A DNA stretch of 42,585 bases from an uncultured Bacteroidales bacterium (GTDB lineage: Bacteria; Bacteroidota; Bacteroidia; Bacteroidales; UBA932): assembly GCA_937901105.1 (NCBI GenBank), contig CALCHD010000096.1:1-42585 (forward strand), read 5' to 3'. A program made the translations under genes and the position numbers. Shown piece after piece: positions 1-8,161 of this stretch. Position 1 is the first letter of the stretch; every line of letters starts with the position of its first letter. The notes beneath the pieces were generated by a model. It searched no databases and was not told the origin of the DNA. It worked only from the letters and a program-made list of their open reading frames with translations.

Positions 1-549
1 TCTATCGTAAGCCTTTCCGGTTGCATCCTGATAAATTGCGTATGAAGAGTTCAAGCCTCTGCCCTCTAGGAACAGGCGTCTTAGTGAAGTACCTGAACCT
101 TTAGGAGCTACTAGAATAACGTCTACATCAGCTGGAGGAACAATACCAGTACGGTCATTGTAAGTGATACCAAAGCCGTGTGAGAAGTAAAGTGCCTTGC
201 CAGGGGTAAGATGTTTCTTAACTGTAGGCCATACAGCAATCTGTCCGGCATCTGAAAGAAGATACTCAATTATGGTAGCCTTCTCACAAGCCTCCTCAAT
301 CTCAAATAGAGTCTCGCCAGGCACCCAGCCGTCAGCTACAGCCTTATCCCAAGTCTTTGATCCTTTTCTCTGTCCTACAATTACTTTAATGCCATTATCT
401 TTAAGGTTCAATGCCTGTCCAGGACCCTGAACACCATAACCGATGATTGCTACTGTCTCATTAGCCAAAACTTCCTGTGCTTTCTCCAAAGGAAACTCGG
501 CGCGGGTAACTACCTGCTCCTCAACGCCACCAAAATTCAATTTTGCCAT
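1..549 (-). CDS. ilvC: ketol-acid reductoisomerase, N-terminal ~183 codons (3' end runs off the left edge)
   Basis: Reverse-strand ATG at 549-547. My translation reads MAKLNFGGVEEQVVTRAEFPLEKAQEVLANETVAIIGYGVQGPGQALNLKDNG..., which has the GYGxQG dinucleotide-binding motif of class I KARI. The frame stays open to position 1. It lies last in the ilvD-ilvB-ilvN-ilvC string. It is missing from the ORF track because it is open-ended. Confidence 0.9.
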   Translation of the reverse strand, partial: MAKLNFGGVEEQVVTRAEFPLEKAQEVLANETVAIIGYGVQGPGQALNLKDNGIKVIVGQRKGSKTWDKAVADGWVPGETLFEIEEACEKATIIEYLLSDAGQIAVWPTVKKHLTPGKALYFSHGFGITYNDRTGIVPPADVDVILVAPKGSGTSLRRLFLEGRGLNSSYAIYQDATGKAYDR

Positions 550-599
550 TTCTGTGTGTATTTTTTAAGTTCTTCTAATCTTGTTTATATATCTGCCTC

Positions 600-836
600 T
601 TACATTGTGTAATAGGCTCTCTTAATCTCAACTATATTGCTTATCTGGTTTACAAGCCTCTCAATAACATCCTTGCGCTCGCTCAAGCAGGTAATCTTGT
701 AAGCCCCCTGCTCCGGTGCTGTTCTGTTATACTCAAAGGTCTCAACCTGAATCCTCTTCTGCAAGTACAAAGTTGCTATTCTGTTCATTACGTCAAGCCT
801 GTCCTTGCCCTCTGCCATTACTGTATATTTTTCCAT
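600..836 (-). CDS. ilvN: ACT-domain-only acetolactate synthase small (regulatory) subunit-like protein, 78 aa
   Basis: The 78-aa ORF sits 11 nt downstream of ilvB. Its pattern YTVMAEGKDRLDVMNRIATLYLQKRIQVETFEY...KITCLSERKDVIERLVNQISNIVEIKRA aligns by eye with the ACT fold of IlvN/IlvM (..[24 protein letters not shown]..). Position in the operon supports the call. Confidence 0.6.
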   Translation of the reverse strand: MEKYTVMAEGKDRLDVMNRIATLYLQKRIQVETFEYNRTAPEQGAYKITCLSERKDVIERLVNQISNIVEIKRAYYTM

Positions 837-847
837 AGTGTTTTTCT

Positions 848-2554
848 CTATTCAAAAATTATGTCATCTAGTGTTTTGCCTGCAGGTATCATCGGGAAGA
901 CATTCTCCTGCTCTGTCATAGCCGCCTCAAGGAAGAAAGGCCCGTCATGCGCCATCATCTCCTCTACTGCAGCTTCCAGTTCCTCTCTGCTGCTGATTTT
1001 TGCATACTTGATGCCGTATGCAGATGCCAGAACTCCAAAATCAGGATTTGCCAGATGGGTGAAAGAGTATCTTCTGTCAAAGAAAAGCTCCTGCCACTGC
1101 CTCACCATTCCCAAATATGAGTTATTTAAAAGAACTATCTTAACCGGCACCTTGCTCTGAAGTATTGTTCCAAGCTCCTGTATGTTCATCTGAAGGCCGC
1201 CGTCTCCTGTAAACAGAACCACATCAAGATCAGGATTGCCCACTTTTGCTCCAATTGCAGCAGGAAGCCCGAATCCCATTGTTCCAAGCCCTCCTGAAGT
1301 AACCCAGCATCTGTAGCCGTCCAGTTTGGAGTATCTTGCTGCAAACATCTGGTTCTGGCCAACATCTGTAACCACCACCTTCTTTTTGCTGCCTCCCTTG
1401 GTCACTGCATCCACTACCTGTGCCATTGTCAAAGAACTTGAATTGAGCTGCGGGCCCTTAACATTTGCCAGCTCGTGCTCATTTTTTGTTTTGTAAAGTT
1501 CAAACCACTCATCTCTCTGCCTGAACTCCAGTTTCTTGTAAAGCCCCTCAAGGAATACTCTTGCATCACTCTCAACTGCCAGATGGCACTTCACATTCTT
1601 GTCAAACTCCGATGCATCAATATCTACATGTATAATCTTTGCTTTTGGGGCATATCCTTTAACCTCACCAGTAACCCTGTCAGAGAACCTCATTCCAATA
1701 GCAAGGATAACATCTGCATTCTGTGTCATCACATTAGGGGCAACATTTCCATGCATTCCCACCATTCCAACATACTCCGGATCTGTCTGGTCCATAGCAC
1801 CCATTCCCATAAGGGTAACCGCTACCGGAATATTTGCCTTGTCTGCACAATCCTGCAAAATCTTGTTTCCTCCCGACAGAATCACACCATGTCCGGCAAT
1901 TATCAAAGGCCTCTTTGCATTGTTGAGGTCATTTGCAGCCTCCTCAATCTTCTCTGCCAATGTGCAGGCAATCTCCACCCCCTCATGTTCCAGAAGCTTC
2001 AGCGCACCCTCCTTATCATATGAATAATCCATCATCTCCACCTGCGCGTTTCTGGTAAGGCTTATAAGAACCGGTCCCGGCCTGCCAGTCTGGGCAATAT
2101 GGAATGCCTGTGCCATTACAGTAGGAATCTCTGCAGCCCTTGATATCTGGTAGCTCCATTTGGTAATTGGGATTGTGATTCCAATCATATCTGCCTCCTG
2201 GAAGAAGTTTGTTCCAAGCTTATCGGCATTAACCTGCGCTGTAATGCACACAAGGGGTGTTGAATCCATCATTGCATCTGCAATTCCTGTTACAAAGTTT
2301 GTTGCTCCAGGGCCTGCTGTTGCCATACACACACCAACCTTTCCTGTACTTCTTGCATAACCTTCAGCCGCATGCACTGCCCCTTGCTCATGTCTCACAA
2401 GAATATGGTTTATCCTGTCTGTATAATCGTACAGCCTGTCGTACACCGGCATAATTGTTCCGCCAGGATATCCGAAGATTGTGTCCACACCCTCATCCAA
2501 AAAAGCATTCATCAGAGCATCTGCTCCCGTCATTCTTCTCGTATTCATCTCCAT
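848..2554 (-). CDS. ilvB: acetolactate synthase large (catalytic) subunit, ThDP/FAD-dependent
   Basis: ThDP-enzyme hallmarks are present: GYPGG, GPGATN, and GLGTMGFGLPAAIGAK...GDGG..MN. The ORF-track start at 2623 would overlap ilvD by 53 nt. I prefer the ATG at 2554 (MEMNTRRMTGADAL...), or the one at 2548, both just downstream of the ilvD stop at 2571. Confidence 0.93.
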   Translation of the reverse strand: MEMNTRRMTGADALMNAFLDEGVDTIFGYPGGTIMPVYDRLYDYTDRINHILVRHEQGAVHAAEGYARSTGKVGVCMATAGPGATNFVTGIADAMMDSTPLVCITAQVNADKLGTNFFQEADMIGITIPITKWSYQISRAAEIPTVMAQAFHIAQTGRPGPVLISLTRNAQVEMMDYSYDKEGALKLLEHEGVEIACTLAEKIEEAANDLNNAKRPLIIAGHGVILSGGNKILQDCADKANIPVAVTLMGMGAMDQTDPEYVGMVGMHGNVAPNVMTQNADVILAIGMRFSDRVTGEVKGYAPKAKIIHVDIDASEFDKNVKCHLAVESDARVFLEGLYKKLEFRQRDEWFELYKTKNEHELANVKGPQLNSSSLTMAQVVDAVTKGGSKKKVVVTDVGQNQMFAARYSKLDGYRCWVTSGGLGTMGFGLPAAIGAKVGNPDLDVVLFTGDGGLQMNIQELGTILQSKVPVKIVLLNNSYLGMVRQWQELFFDRRYSFTHLANPDFGVLASAYGIKYAKISSREELEAAVEEMMAHDGPFFLEAAMTEQENVFPMIPAGKTLDDIIFE

Positions 2555-2570
2555 ATTGTATCTCTTCCAA

Positions 2571-4358
2571 TTACTCAATAACTCTAACTCCTCCAATATC
2601 TGCACTTCCTGCCAATGATGCATATGCCTTAAGTGCCTTGCTTACTTTTCTGTCCCTTGCTTTAGGTTTGTAACCTGTTCCAGCCTCAAGCTTCTCTTTT
2701 CTCTGTCTGAACTCTTCTTCAGAGAGCTCAACGTTTATGCTTCTTTCCGGAATATCTATCACCACTGTATCTCCATCCTCCAGAAATGCTATCGGACCTT
2801 TATTTGCCGCCTCCGGTGAAACATGTCCTATTGAGAGGCCGCTTGTTCCTCCAGAGAATCTGCCGTCGGTAATGAGGGCGCAATCCTTATCCAGCTTCAT
2901 GCTCTTAAGGAAAGAGGTTGGATAAAGCATCTCCTGCATTCCCGGACCGCCTTTAGGCCCCTCATATCTGATCACCACCACATCCCCTTTCTTCACTTTT
3001 CCGCCAAGGATTCCATTTACTGCGTCCTCCTGGCTCTCAAACACCACCGCCGTTCCTTTGAACTTCAGGATATTTTCTGCCACACCGGCTGTCTTTACTA
3101 TACATCCTTTAGGTGCTATATTTCCGTAAAGGACTGCTAGGCCTCCATCTTTTGAGTATGCGTTTTCAATATTTCTTATACAACCGTTCTTTCTGTCTGT
3201 ATCAAGCTCCTTGTAAACACTTTCATTCTCCCCCAATTTCACTGTCCTTACTCCACAAGGGGCAGACCTGTAAAGGTTTTCATTATCTGCCTCAAGCGCT
3301 GCCTGCAAACTTGGATAATCTACCCTTGCAACATCTGTATTGAGTATACCACCTTTGGCCATCTCCCTCATGATTCCCATAATTCCGCCGGCCCTGTTCA
3401 CATCCTGAATATGATAACTGCTGTTAGGAGCAACCTTGCAAAGTACCGGAACCTCTTTTGAAAGGCGGTCAATGTCCTTCATGGTAAAGTCTACACCGGC
3501 CTCATGAGCAATTGCAAGAAGATGAAGAACTGTATTTGTAGAGCCTCCCATTGCAATGTCAAGTTTCATTGCATTCTCAAATGCATCCTTGGTTGCTATT
3601 GAACGGGGAAGAACAGCCTCGTTATTTTTGAAATAATAGTCGTTTGCCAACTTCACTATAAGCTCCGCTCCTTTTCTGAACAGTTCTTTTCTATTTGCGT
3701 GAGTGGCAAGCACTGTACCGTTGCCAACCTGGGCCAATCCCAAAGCCTCTGTAAGGCAGTTCATGGAGTTTGCTGTAAACATTCCGGAGCAGCAGCCGCA
3801 TGTAGGACATCCAAACTCCTCATAATCCATCAAGTCTGCATCTGAAACGTCTGGAGCTGCTCCTTTTACCATAATGTCTACAAGGTCACAATCCGCTCCC
3901 TTTACATTTCCAGCCTCCATAGGGCCTCCTGAAACAAAAACTGCTGGGATATTCAATCTCATGACAGCCATAAGCATGCCGGGTGTAATTTTGTCACAAT
4001 TTGAAATGCAGATCATAGCATCTGCACAGTGGGCATTGCACATATACTCTACGCTATCCGCTATAATTTCCCTTGAAGGAAGCGAGTAAAGCATTCCGTC
4101 ATGCCCCATTGCAATACCGTCATCAATTGCTATGGTATTGAACTCAGCCGCAAAACATCCTGCTCTTTCTATCTCATTCTTAACGAATTGGCCTATTTCA
4201 TGAAGATGCACATGACCTGGTACAAACTGGGTAAACGAGTTTACAACCGCAATTACAGGCTTGCCAAACTGCTCCCTTTTCATACCATTGGCTCTCCATA
4301 ACGCCCTGGCACCTGCCATTTTCCTTCCAACTAATGTTTTATTGCTTCTGAGCTCCAT
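2571..4358 (-). CDS. ilvD: dihydroxy-acid dehydratase
   Basis: 595 aa. The IlvD/Edd signatures [24 protein letters not shown] and DGRFSGGT are present. Confidence 0.95.
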   Translation of the reverse strand: MELRSNKTLVGRKMAGARALWRANGMKREQFGKPVIAVVNSFTQFVPGHVHLHEIGQFVKNEIERAGCFAAEFNTIAIDDGIAMGHDGMLYSLPSREIIADSVEYMCNAHCADAMICISNCDKITPGMLMAVMRLNIPAVFVSGGPMEAGNVKGADCDLVDIMVKGAAPDVSDADLMDYEEFGCPTCGCCSGMFTANSMNCLTEALGLAQVGNGTVLATHANRKELFRKGAELIVKLANDYYFKNNEAVLPRSIATKDAFENAMKLDIAMGGSTNTVLHLLAIAHEAGVDFTMKDIDRLSKEVPVLCKVAPNSSYHIQDVNRAGGIMGIMREMAKGGILNTDVARVDYPSLQAALEADNENLYRSAPCGVRTVKLGENESVYKELDTDRKNGCIRNIENAYSKDGGLAVLYGNIAPKGCIVKTAGVAENILKFKGTAVVFESQEDAVNGILGGKVKKGDVVVIRYEGPKGGPGMQEMLYPTSFLKSMKLDKDCALITDGRFSGGTSGLSIGHVSPEAANKGPIAFLEDGDTVVIDIPERSINVELSEEEFRQRKEKLEAGTGYKPKARDRKVSKALKAYASLAGSADIGGVRVIE

Positions 4359-4382
4359 TTTGCTTACAATTTTTAATCAAAT

Positions 4383-4423
4383 AAAAAAACCTGCTTAAAT
4401 GTCTAATCCATTAAGCAGGTTTT
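4383..4423 (-). terminator. intrinsic terminator hairpin acting as the ilv attenuator (12-bp stem plus U-run), 24 nt upstream of the ilvD ATG
   Basis: The minus-strand RNA reads AAACCUGCUUAA-UGGAUUAGACAU-UUAAGCAGGUUUUUUU. Arms are at 4411-4422 and 4387-4398, and the U-run corresponds to the plus-strand A-run at 4383-4389. It lies between the leader ORF stop (4451) and the ilvD start (4358). Confidence 0.75.
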
Positions 4424-4450
4424 CATTTATTACTTAAAGGATTTATATCA

Positions 4451-4558
4451 TTACGGAATAATAATCACAGAAACCACAATAATAATGGACACCACCACCT
4501 GGATAATGCTCTGAATACCAATGCGCCCAATAATATTTATGTTTCTTGTGCTATTCAT
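4451..4558 (-). CDS. ilv operon leader peptide, 35 aa, 13 Ile and 6 Val
   Basis: Hand translation of the reverse strand from the ATG at 4558 gives MNSTRNINIIGRIGIQSIIQVVVSIIIVVSVIIIP*. That is 19 of 35 residues Ile or Val and no Leu. The stop lies 28 nt upstream of the terminator hairpin. The ORF is below the size cutoff of the ORF track. Confidence 0.7.
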   Translation of the reverse strand: MNSTRNINIIGRIGIQSIIQVVVSIIIVVSVIIIP

Positions 4559-4646
4559 AATATGATATAAAGCCGTTGTTTCTTATTAACAAATGCGAAT
4601 ATATAAAAAACTTTTTTACGTTATTCTCCTAAAAGCAATTTTTTTC

Positions 4647-4668
4647 AAAAAAAGTAACAATTTGTTAC
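4647..4668 (-). terminator. weak AT-rich hairpin plus U-run overlapping the dipeptidase stop codon
   Basis: Minus strand GUAACA-AAU-UGUUAC followed by UUUUUUU (plus-strand A-run 4647-4653). The stem is only 6 bp. Confidence 0.3.
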
Positions 4669-6359
4669 ATGCTGCGGATAAAGATGGTCCAAAGTTCTGC
4701 TTTAAGGTCTTCCCAAGCCTTTGAAGTAGTCGATGCCCACTTTTGAGTGTAACTATTCAACACCTCTGCAGCCTCATCTTTCTTACCTGCTTTAACAAGC
4801 TCTGCAACCTCTCTCTCCACTACTGGATTCTCACGCATCATCTGTTTCTCAAAATATGCAACCTTTGGCTCCAAAAGGCCTCTTGTCTTGTGCCAGTCAA
4901 TAGTTGAGATTCTGTTGGTCTCTCTAAAAGACCAGATAGCGGCATCAGTACGGTATCTGTGCTGTCCGCACACATCAAACTCGTTAGGAAGCTGTGTAGA
5001 ACCTGCATAAATAGGAATACGAGGGCTCTGTGCAGGATTGTCAAACGAGAAGTAAGCTACACCGCCAACCTCATCAGGCAACCAGTCACGGCACTGCATA
5101 ATGTGTGAATAAGAGCACTGGATAACAGCAATGGTTCTGGTCTTCTCTGTAACACCCGGCTTGATGGTATTCAAAAGGGTTCTCATGTCACCGGTCATGA
5201 AAGTTGATACAGGACATGCTATCTCCCTGTAATATTCAGTCTCTCCCTTCTCGTTCTTTCTCTTTCTCTCAACCTCTACATAGAAATCCTTAACCTGGTC
5301 AAACTCTGTGCCCTCATAGGTCTCTCTATAGAAAGCGAACATCTGCTCTGGAGAAACTTTCTTGTCGGGTTTAACTGAGAAAGGAAGCTCATCTGCATCA
5401 TATTTAAGGTTCAAAGACGGTGCAAGAGTGCTTAAAATGAAATACTCTCTCACAGAGAAAGGTTTAGGGCCGTCATGGGCAACTTTCCAAAATACATAGT
5501 CACCCTCTCCGCTCCATAGGCCAATAGCCTTTGAACGCTCCCTAAGGTCTTTTGAGAACATATAGTTCTCTGTATCCTCAAAGTCAATCTTTCCAATTCT
5601 TGGGATATTTGCAGAAACACCTACATGATCATCGGGAATACGTACTGCTGCCCAAAGTGCTCCTGCCTTGTCAACTGGGGCTTTCTTTGATTTCTTTGCT
5701 TTTGGATCAACTGGAAGTGTTCCGTTTCCATAAATCTCAAAATGCCATACCTCTTTCTTGTCGGCAACTGTAAGGCACTCTCCGCCGTCTGCATAGCCAT
5801 ACTCCTCTGCAAGGGCACCCATAAGTGCAATGGCCTCACGTGCAGTTGAACATCTCTCAAGGGCAACTCTCTCAAGCTCCTCAATCATGAAAAGTCCATC
5901 TTTTCTCTTCAGCTCTTTCCTCCCGACAGTTGTAGTCTCACCAATAGCCAACTGTTTCTCATTCATACAAGGATAAGCCACGTTCAAGAACCTGTAAGTA
6001 GGTGTTGTTGGAGCTGTAATGTAACCCTTCACCTCAAGGTTTCTCAAATCGTCATGCTCCTCTGTATGAAGCATTCCCCAATAGATTGGCTGTTTGCCGT
6101 CTGTATAGGTTTTGCTCTCCTCCATGGTAAGCCATGTACGGTAATTTGAATCGCAAGAATGCGCTGTCATTACAGATCCGTCTGTACTGGCCTTTTTGCC
6201 CACCATAATTGAAGTACAGCTCTCTGCATAATTCTCATCATCAGGATGCCATCCGCGCTCCTGTGCAACTGCCAATGTGGTGAACATAAGGCAAATTGCC
6301 GCTACAAATAGTCTTCTAAGTTTCATAATGTATTGTTTTTGTGTATTTTTTCCATTCAA
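4665..6359 (-). CDS. secreted C69-family dipeptidase (N-terminal nucleophile Cys hydrolase)
   Basis: Signal peptide MKLRRLFVAAICLMFTTLAVAQ, then ...AESCTSIMVGKKASTDGS, which matches the C69 nucleophile context (C-T-x-I/L-x-VGK). About 550 aa, as usual for the family. The real start may be the Met at 6326 rather than 6359. Confidence 0.85.
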   Translation of the reverse strand: MNGKNTQKQYIMKLRRLFVAAICLMFTTLAVAQERGWHPDDENYAESCTSIMVGKKASTDGSVMTAHSCDSNYRTWLTMEESKTYTDGKQPIYWGMLHTEEHDDLRNLEVKGYITAPTTPTYRFLNVAYPCMNEKQLAIGETTTVGRKELKRKDGLFMIEELERVALERCSTAREAIALMGALAEEYGYADGGECLTVADKKEVWHFEIYGNGTLPVDPKAKKSKKAPVDKAGALWAAVRIPDDHVGVSANIPRIGKIDFEDTENYMFSKDLRERSKAIGLWSGEGDYVFWKVAHDGPKPFSVREYFILSTLAPSLNLKYDADELPFSVKPDKKVSPEQMFAFYRETYEGTEFDQVKDFYVEVERKRKNEKGETEYYREIACPVSTFMTGDMRTLLNTIKPGVTEKTRTIAVIQCSYSHIMQCRDWLPDEVGGVAYFSFDNPAQSPRIPIYAGSTQLPNEFDVCGQHRYRTDAAIWSFRETNRISTIDWHKTRGLLEPKVAYFEKQMMRENPVVEREVAELVKAGKKDEAAEVLNSYTQKWASTTSKAWEDLKAELWTIFIRSM

Positions 6360-6378
6360 CGGGAAATCCCGTGACTAA

Positions 6379-6386
6379 CAAAGATA
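6379..6386 (-). promoter_or_regulatory. Bacteroidetes -7 promoter motif TAnnTTTG (TATCTTTG on the minus strand) for the dipeptidase gene
   Basis: Plus-strand CAAAGATA sits 20 nt upstream of the ATG at 6359. Confidence 0.4.
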
Positions 6387-6484
6387 CATATTTTTATTTT
6401 CAAACATTTACATATATAATAAAATATAAGATAAGGGGCGAATGTACCGGGGAATGCGGAGATAATATGCGAAGTAATCCGCAA

Positions 6485-6643
6485 GTGACATGCCGCCAAA
6501 TCTCATTGTCACAAAAAGCCTGAAATTCATAACAATACTTCATTAAAACCCTCACATTGTCACGGAATTGCCACAAACTGTGACAATTACCCTACGAAAA
6601 CATTCAATTGTCACAGAATTACCACAAACTGTGACAATTACCC
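6485..6643. repeat. three GTGACA/TGTCAC dyads, each with a 16-nt spacer, two of them inside a 37-bp direct repeat with a 51-bp period
   Basis: GTGACA 6485-6490 / TGTCAC 6507-6512. TTGTCAC 6557-6563 / GTGACAA 6580-6586. TTGTCAC 6608-6614 / GTGACAA 6631-6637. The blocks 6556-6592 and 6607-6643 (ATTGTCAC[G/A]GAATT[G/A]CCACAAACTGTGACAATTACCC) differ at 2 of 37 positions. Confidence 0.8.
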
Positions 6644-6695
6644 ACGCATGAATGAAAAACATCACACACCTGGAACATAATCCCGTAAAATTCAC

Positions 6696-6703
6696 TATTT
6701 TTG
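6696..6703 (+). promoter_or_regulatory. -7 promoter motif TATTTTTG for the NfeD gene
   Basis: Matches TAnnTTTG, 22 nt upstream of the ATG at 6726. Confidence 0.45.
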
Positions 6704-6725
6704 GTAGATAAAACTACACAAAACA

Positions 6726-8114
6726 ATGAATGTCAAAACACTTGTAAAAATTATAGCACTTGCTGTGCTTGCTATCATAAGCACCGGTCTCCATGCACAG
6801 GAATCTGGCAATACAAAAAACATCTACGTAATAAAGCTGCATGATGAGATTGATGCATCCTCCGCAAAAATGTTCACGGATGCCCTCAAGGAAGCAGAGG
6901 CAGTCCAGGCAGACTACTGTATCCTCAACCTGAACACATACGGCGGGGCGCTTGACGCTGCCGACAGCATCCGCAGCGCCATCATCCAGTCTCCCATCCC
7001 GGTAGTCTCCTTTATAAATATACAGGCAGCCTCTGCCGGAGCGCTAATCTCCATTGCATGCGACTCCATATACATGAGCAGCGGCAGTTCCATTGGCGCA
7101 GCCACAGTAGTGGATGGAACAGGAAATGTTCTTCCCGACAAATACCAGTCATTCATGCGGGCAATGATGCGTTCTACCGCAGAAAGCCACGGCAAGAAAG
7201 CAATAGTAAAGGGGAATGACACTACCTGGGTGTGGTACAGGGATCCAGAAATTGCACAGGCAATGGTTAGTGCCGACAGCGTCTTGAGCTTCACTCCAAG
7301 CGAGGCCATTGAGAACAGCTACTGTGAGGGAATGGCTGAAAGTGTAGAAGATGTGGCCAAAATACTTGCTGGAGAATCAGATGAATACATAATCACAGAA
7401 CACAAGATAACTTCTACAAACAGAATAATTTATTTCTTCCTCAACCCTGTAATCCAGGGGTTGCTCCTTATGCTGATAATGGGAGGAATATACTTTGAAT
7501 TCCAGAGTCCTGGAATAGGATTCCCGCTTGTTGCAGCCATTGTGGGCATAGTGCTCTATTTTGTGCCGCTTTACCTGAACGGCCTTGTACAGAACTGGGA
7601 AATAATATTCTTCTTTGCCGGCATACTGCTTCTTGTATTGGAAGTGTTTGTCATACCGGGATTTGGTGTGGCAGGAATCAGCGGAATCATACTTATTATA
7701 ATTACACTTGCATTTGCAATGATAGACAACCAGATTGTATTTGAAGGGGGAGATTTCAATTTCACACCACTTGTAAAACCTTTTGCAATCGTACTTGTTT
7801 CATGCACATCAACCCTGTTCCTTACAATATTCCTGTTAAGCAGGCTCTTCCCGACAGAGGCATTTTCACATATCGCCCTCAAGACAAGCCTTTCTTCAGA
7901 GGGTGAAGGAGTTGTGGGGGTTGAAAAATCAGGTCTGGACAAATTTGTCGGGAAGAAAGGAATTGTTGTTGCAGACCTCAAGCCTCAGGGTATAATTGAG
8001 GTGGACGGGACCCGCCAGCAGGCACAGCTTGTTGCAGGTTATGCACAGAAGGGGGAAACTGTAGAAATTTTCTACCATGAGGGAGGGCGCCTTTATTGCA
8101 AAAAAGCAAATTAA
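6726..8114 (+). CDS. NfeD-family membrane-bound ClpP-class serine protease
   Basis: Three parts: a signal peptide with a ClpP-like domain (..NTYGGALDAADSI...QAASAGALI..), a block of about 5 transmembrane helices, and a C-terminal OB-fold-like NfeD tail (GIVVADLKPQGIIEVDGTRQQA..GETVEI). Confidence 0.85.
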   Translation: MNVKTLVKIIALAVLAIISTGLHAQESGNTKNIYVIKLHDEIDASSAKMFTDALKEAEAVQADYCILNLNTYGGALDAADSIRSAIIQSPIPVVSFINIQAASAGALISIACDSIYMSSGSSIGAATVVDGTGNVLPDKYQSFMRAMMRSTAESHGKKAIVKGNDTTWVWYRDPEIAQAMVSADSVLSFTPSEAIENSYCEGMAESVEDVAKILAGESDEYIITEHKITSTNRIIYFFLNPVIQGLLLMLIMGGIYFEFQSPGIGFPLVAAIVGIVLYFVPLYLNGLVQNWEIIFFFAGILLLVLEVFVIPGFGVAGISGIILIIITLAFAMIDNQIVFEGGDFNFTPLVKPFAIVLVSCTSTLFLTIFLLSRLFPTEAFSHIALKTSLSSEGEGVVGVEKSGLDKFVGKKGIVVADLKPQGIIEVDGTRQQAQLVAGYAQKGETVEIFYHEGGRLYCKKAN

Positions 8115-8118
8115 TATG

Positions 8119-8126
8119 TACTTTTG
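8119..8126 (+). promoter_or_regulatory. -7 promoter motif TACTTTTG for carAB
   Basis: Matches TAnnTTTG, 35 nt upstream of the ATG at 8162. Confidence 0.45.
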
Positions 8127-8161
8127 TCCAATTTTGTTAATAACTATACAATATAATATAG

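Noticed and set aside
2555-2623. ORF-track N-terminal extensions: ilvB (start 2623, overlapping ilvD by 53 nt), atoE (23272-23355), crt (37002-37043) and the orphan membrane protein (18232-18312).
   Set aside because: The extensions add residues unlike the family N-termini. They overlap upstream genes or promoter motifs. Internal ATGs give canonical N-termini: MEMNTRR.., MQKLIDLS.., MEYTKLIV.. and MKSVLKQ...
6341-6523. A 60-aa plus-strand ORF in the dipeptidase/NfeD intergenic region, and the short palindrome ACGGGA-AA-TCCCGT at 6360-6373.
   Set aside because: The ORF begins inside the dipeptidase N-terminal coding or promoter region, has an odd composition and lacks a promoter motif. The palindrome has a 2-nt spacer, is too short to be significant alone, and overlaps the possible dipeptidase start.
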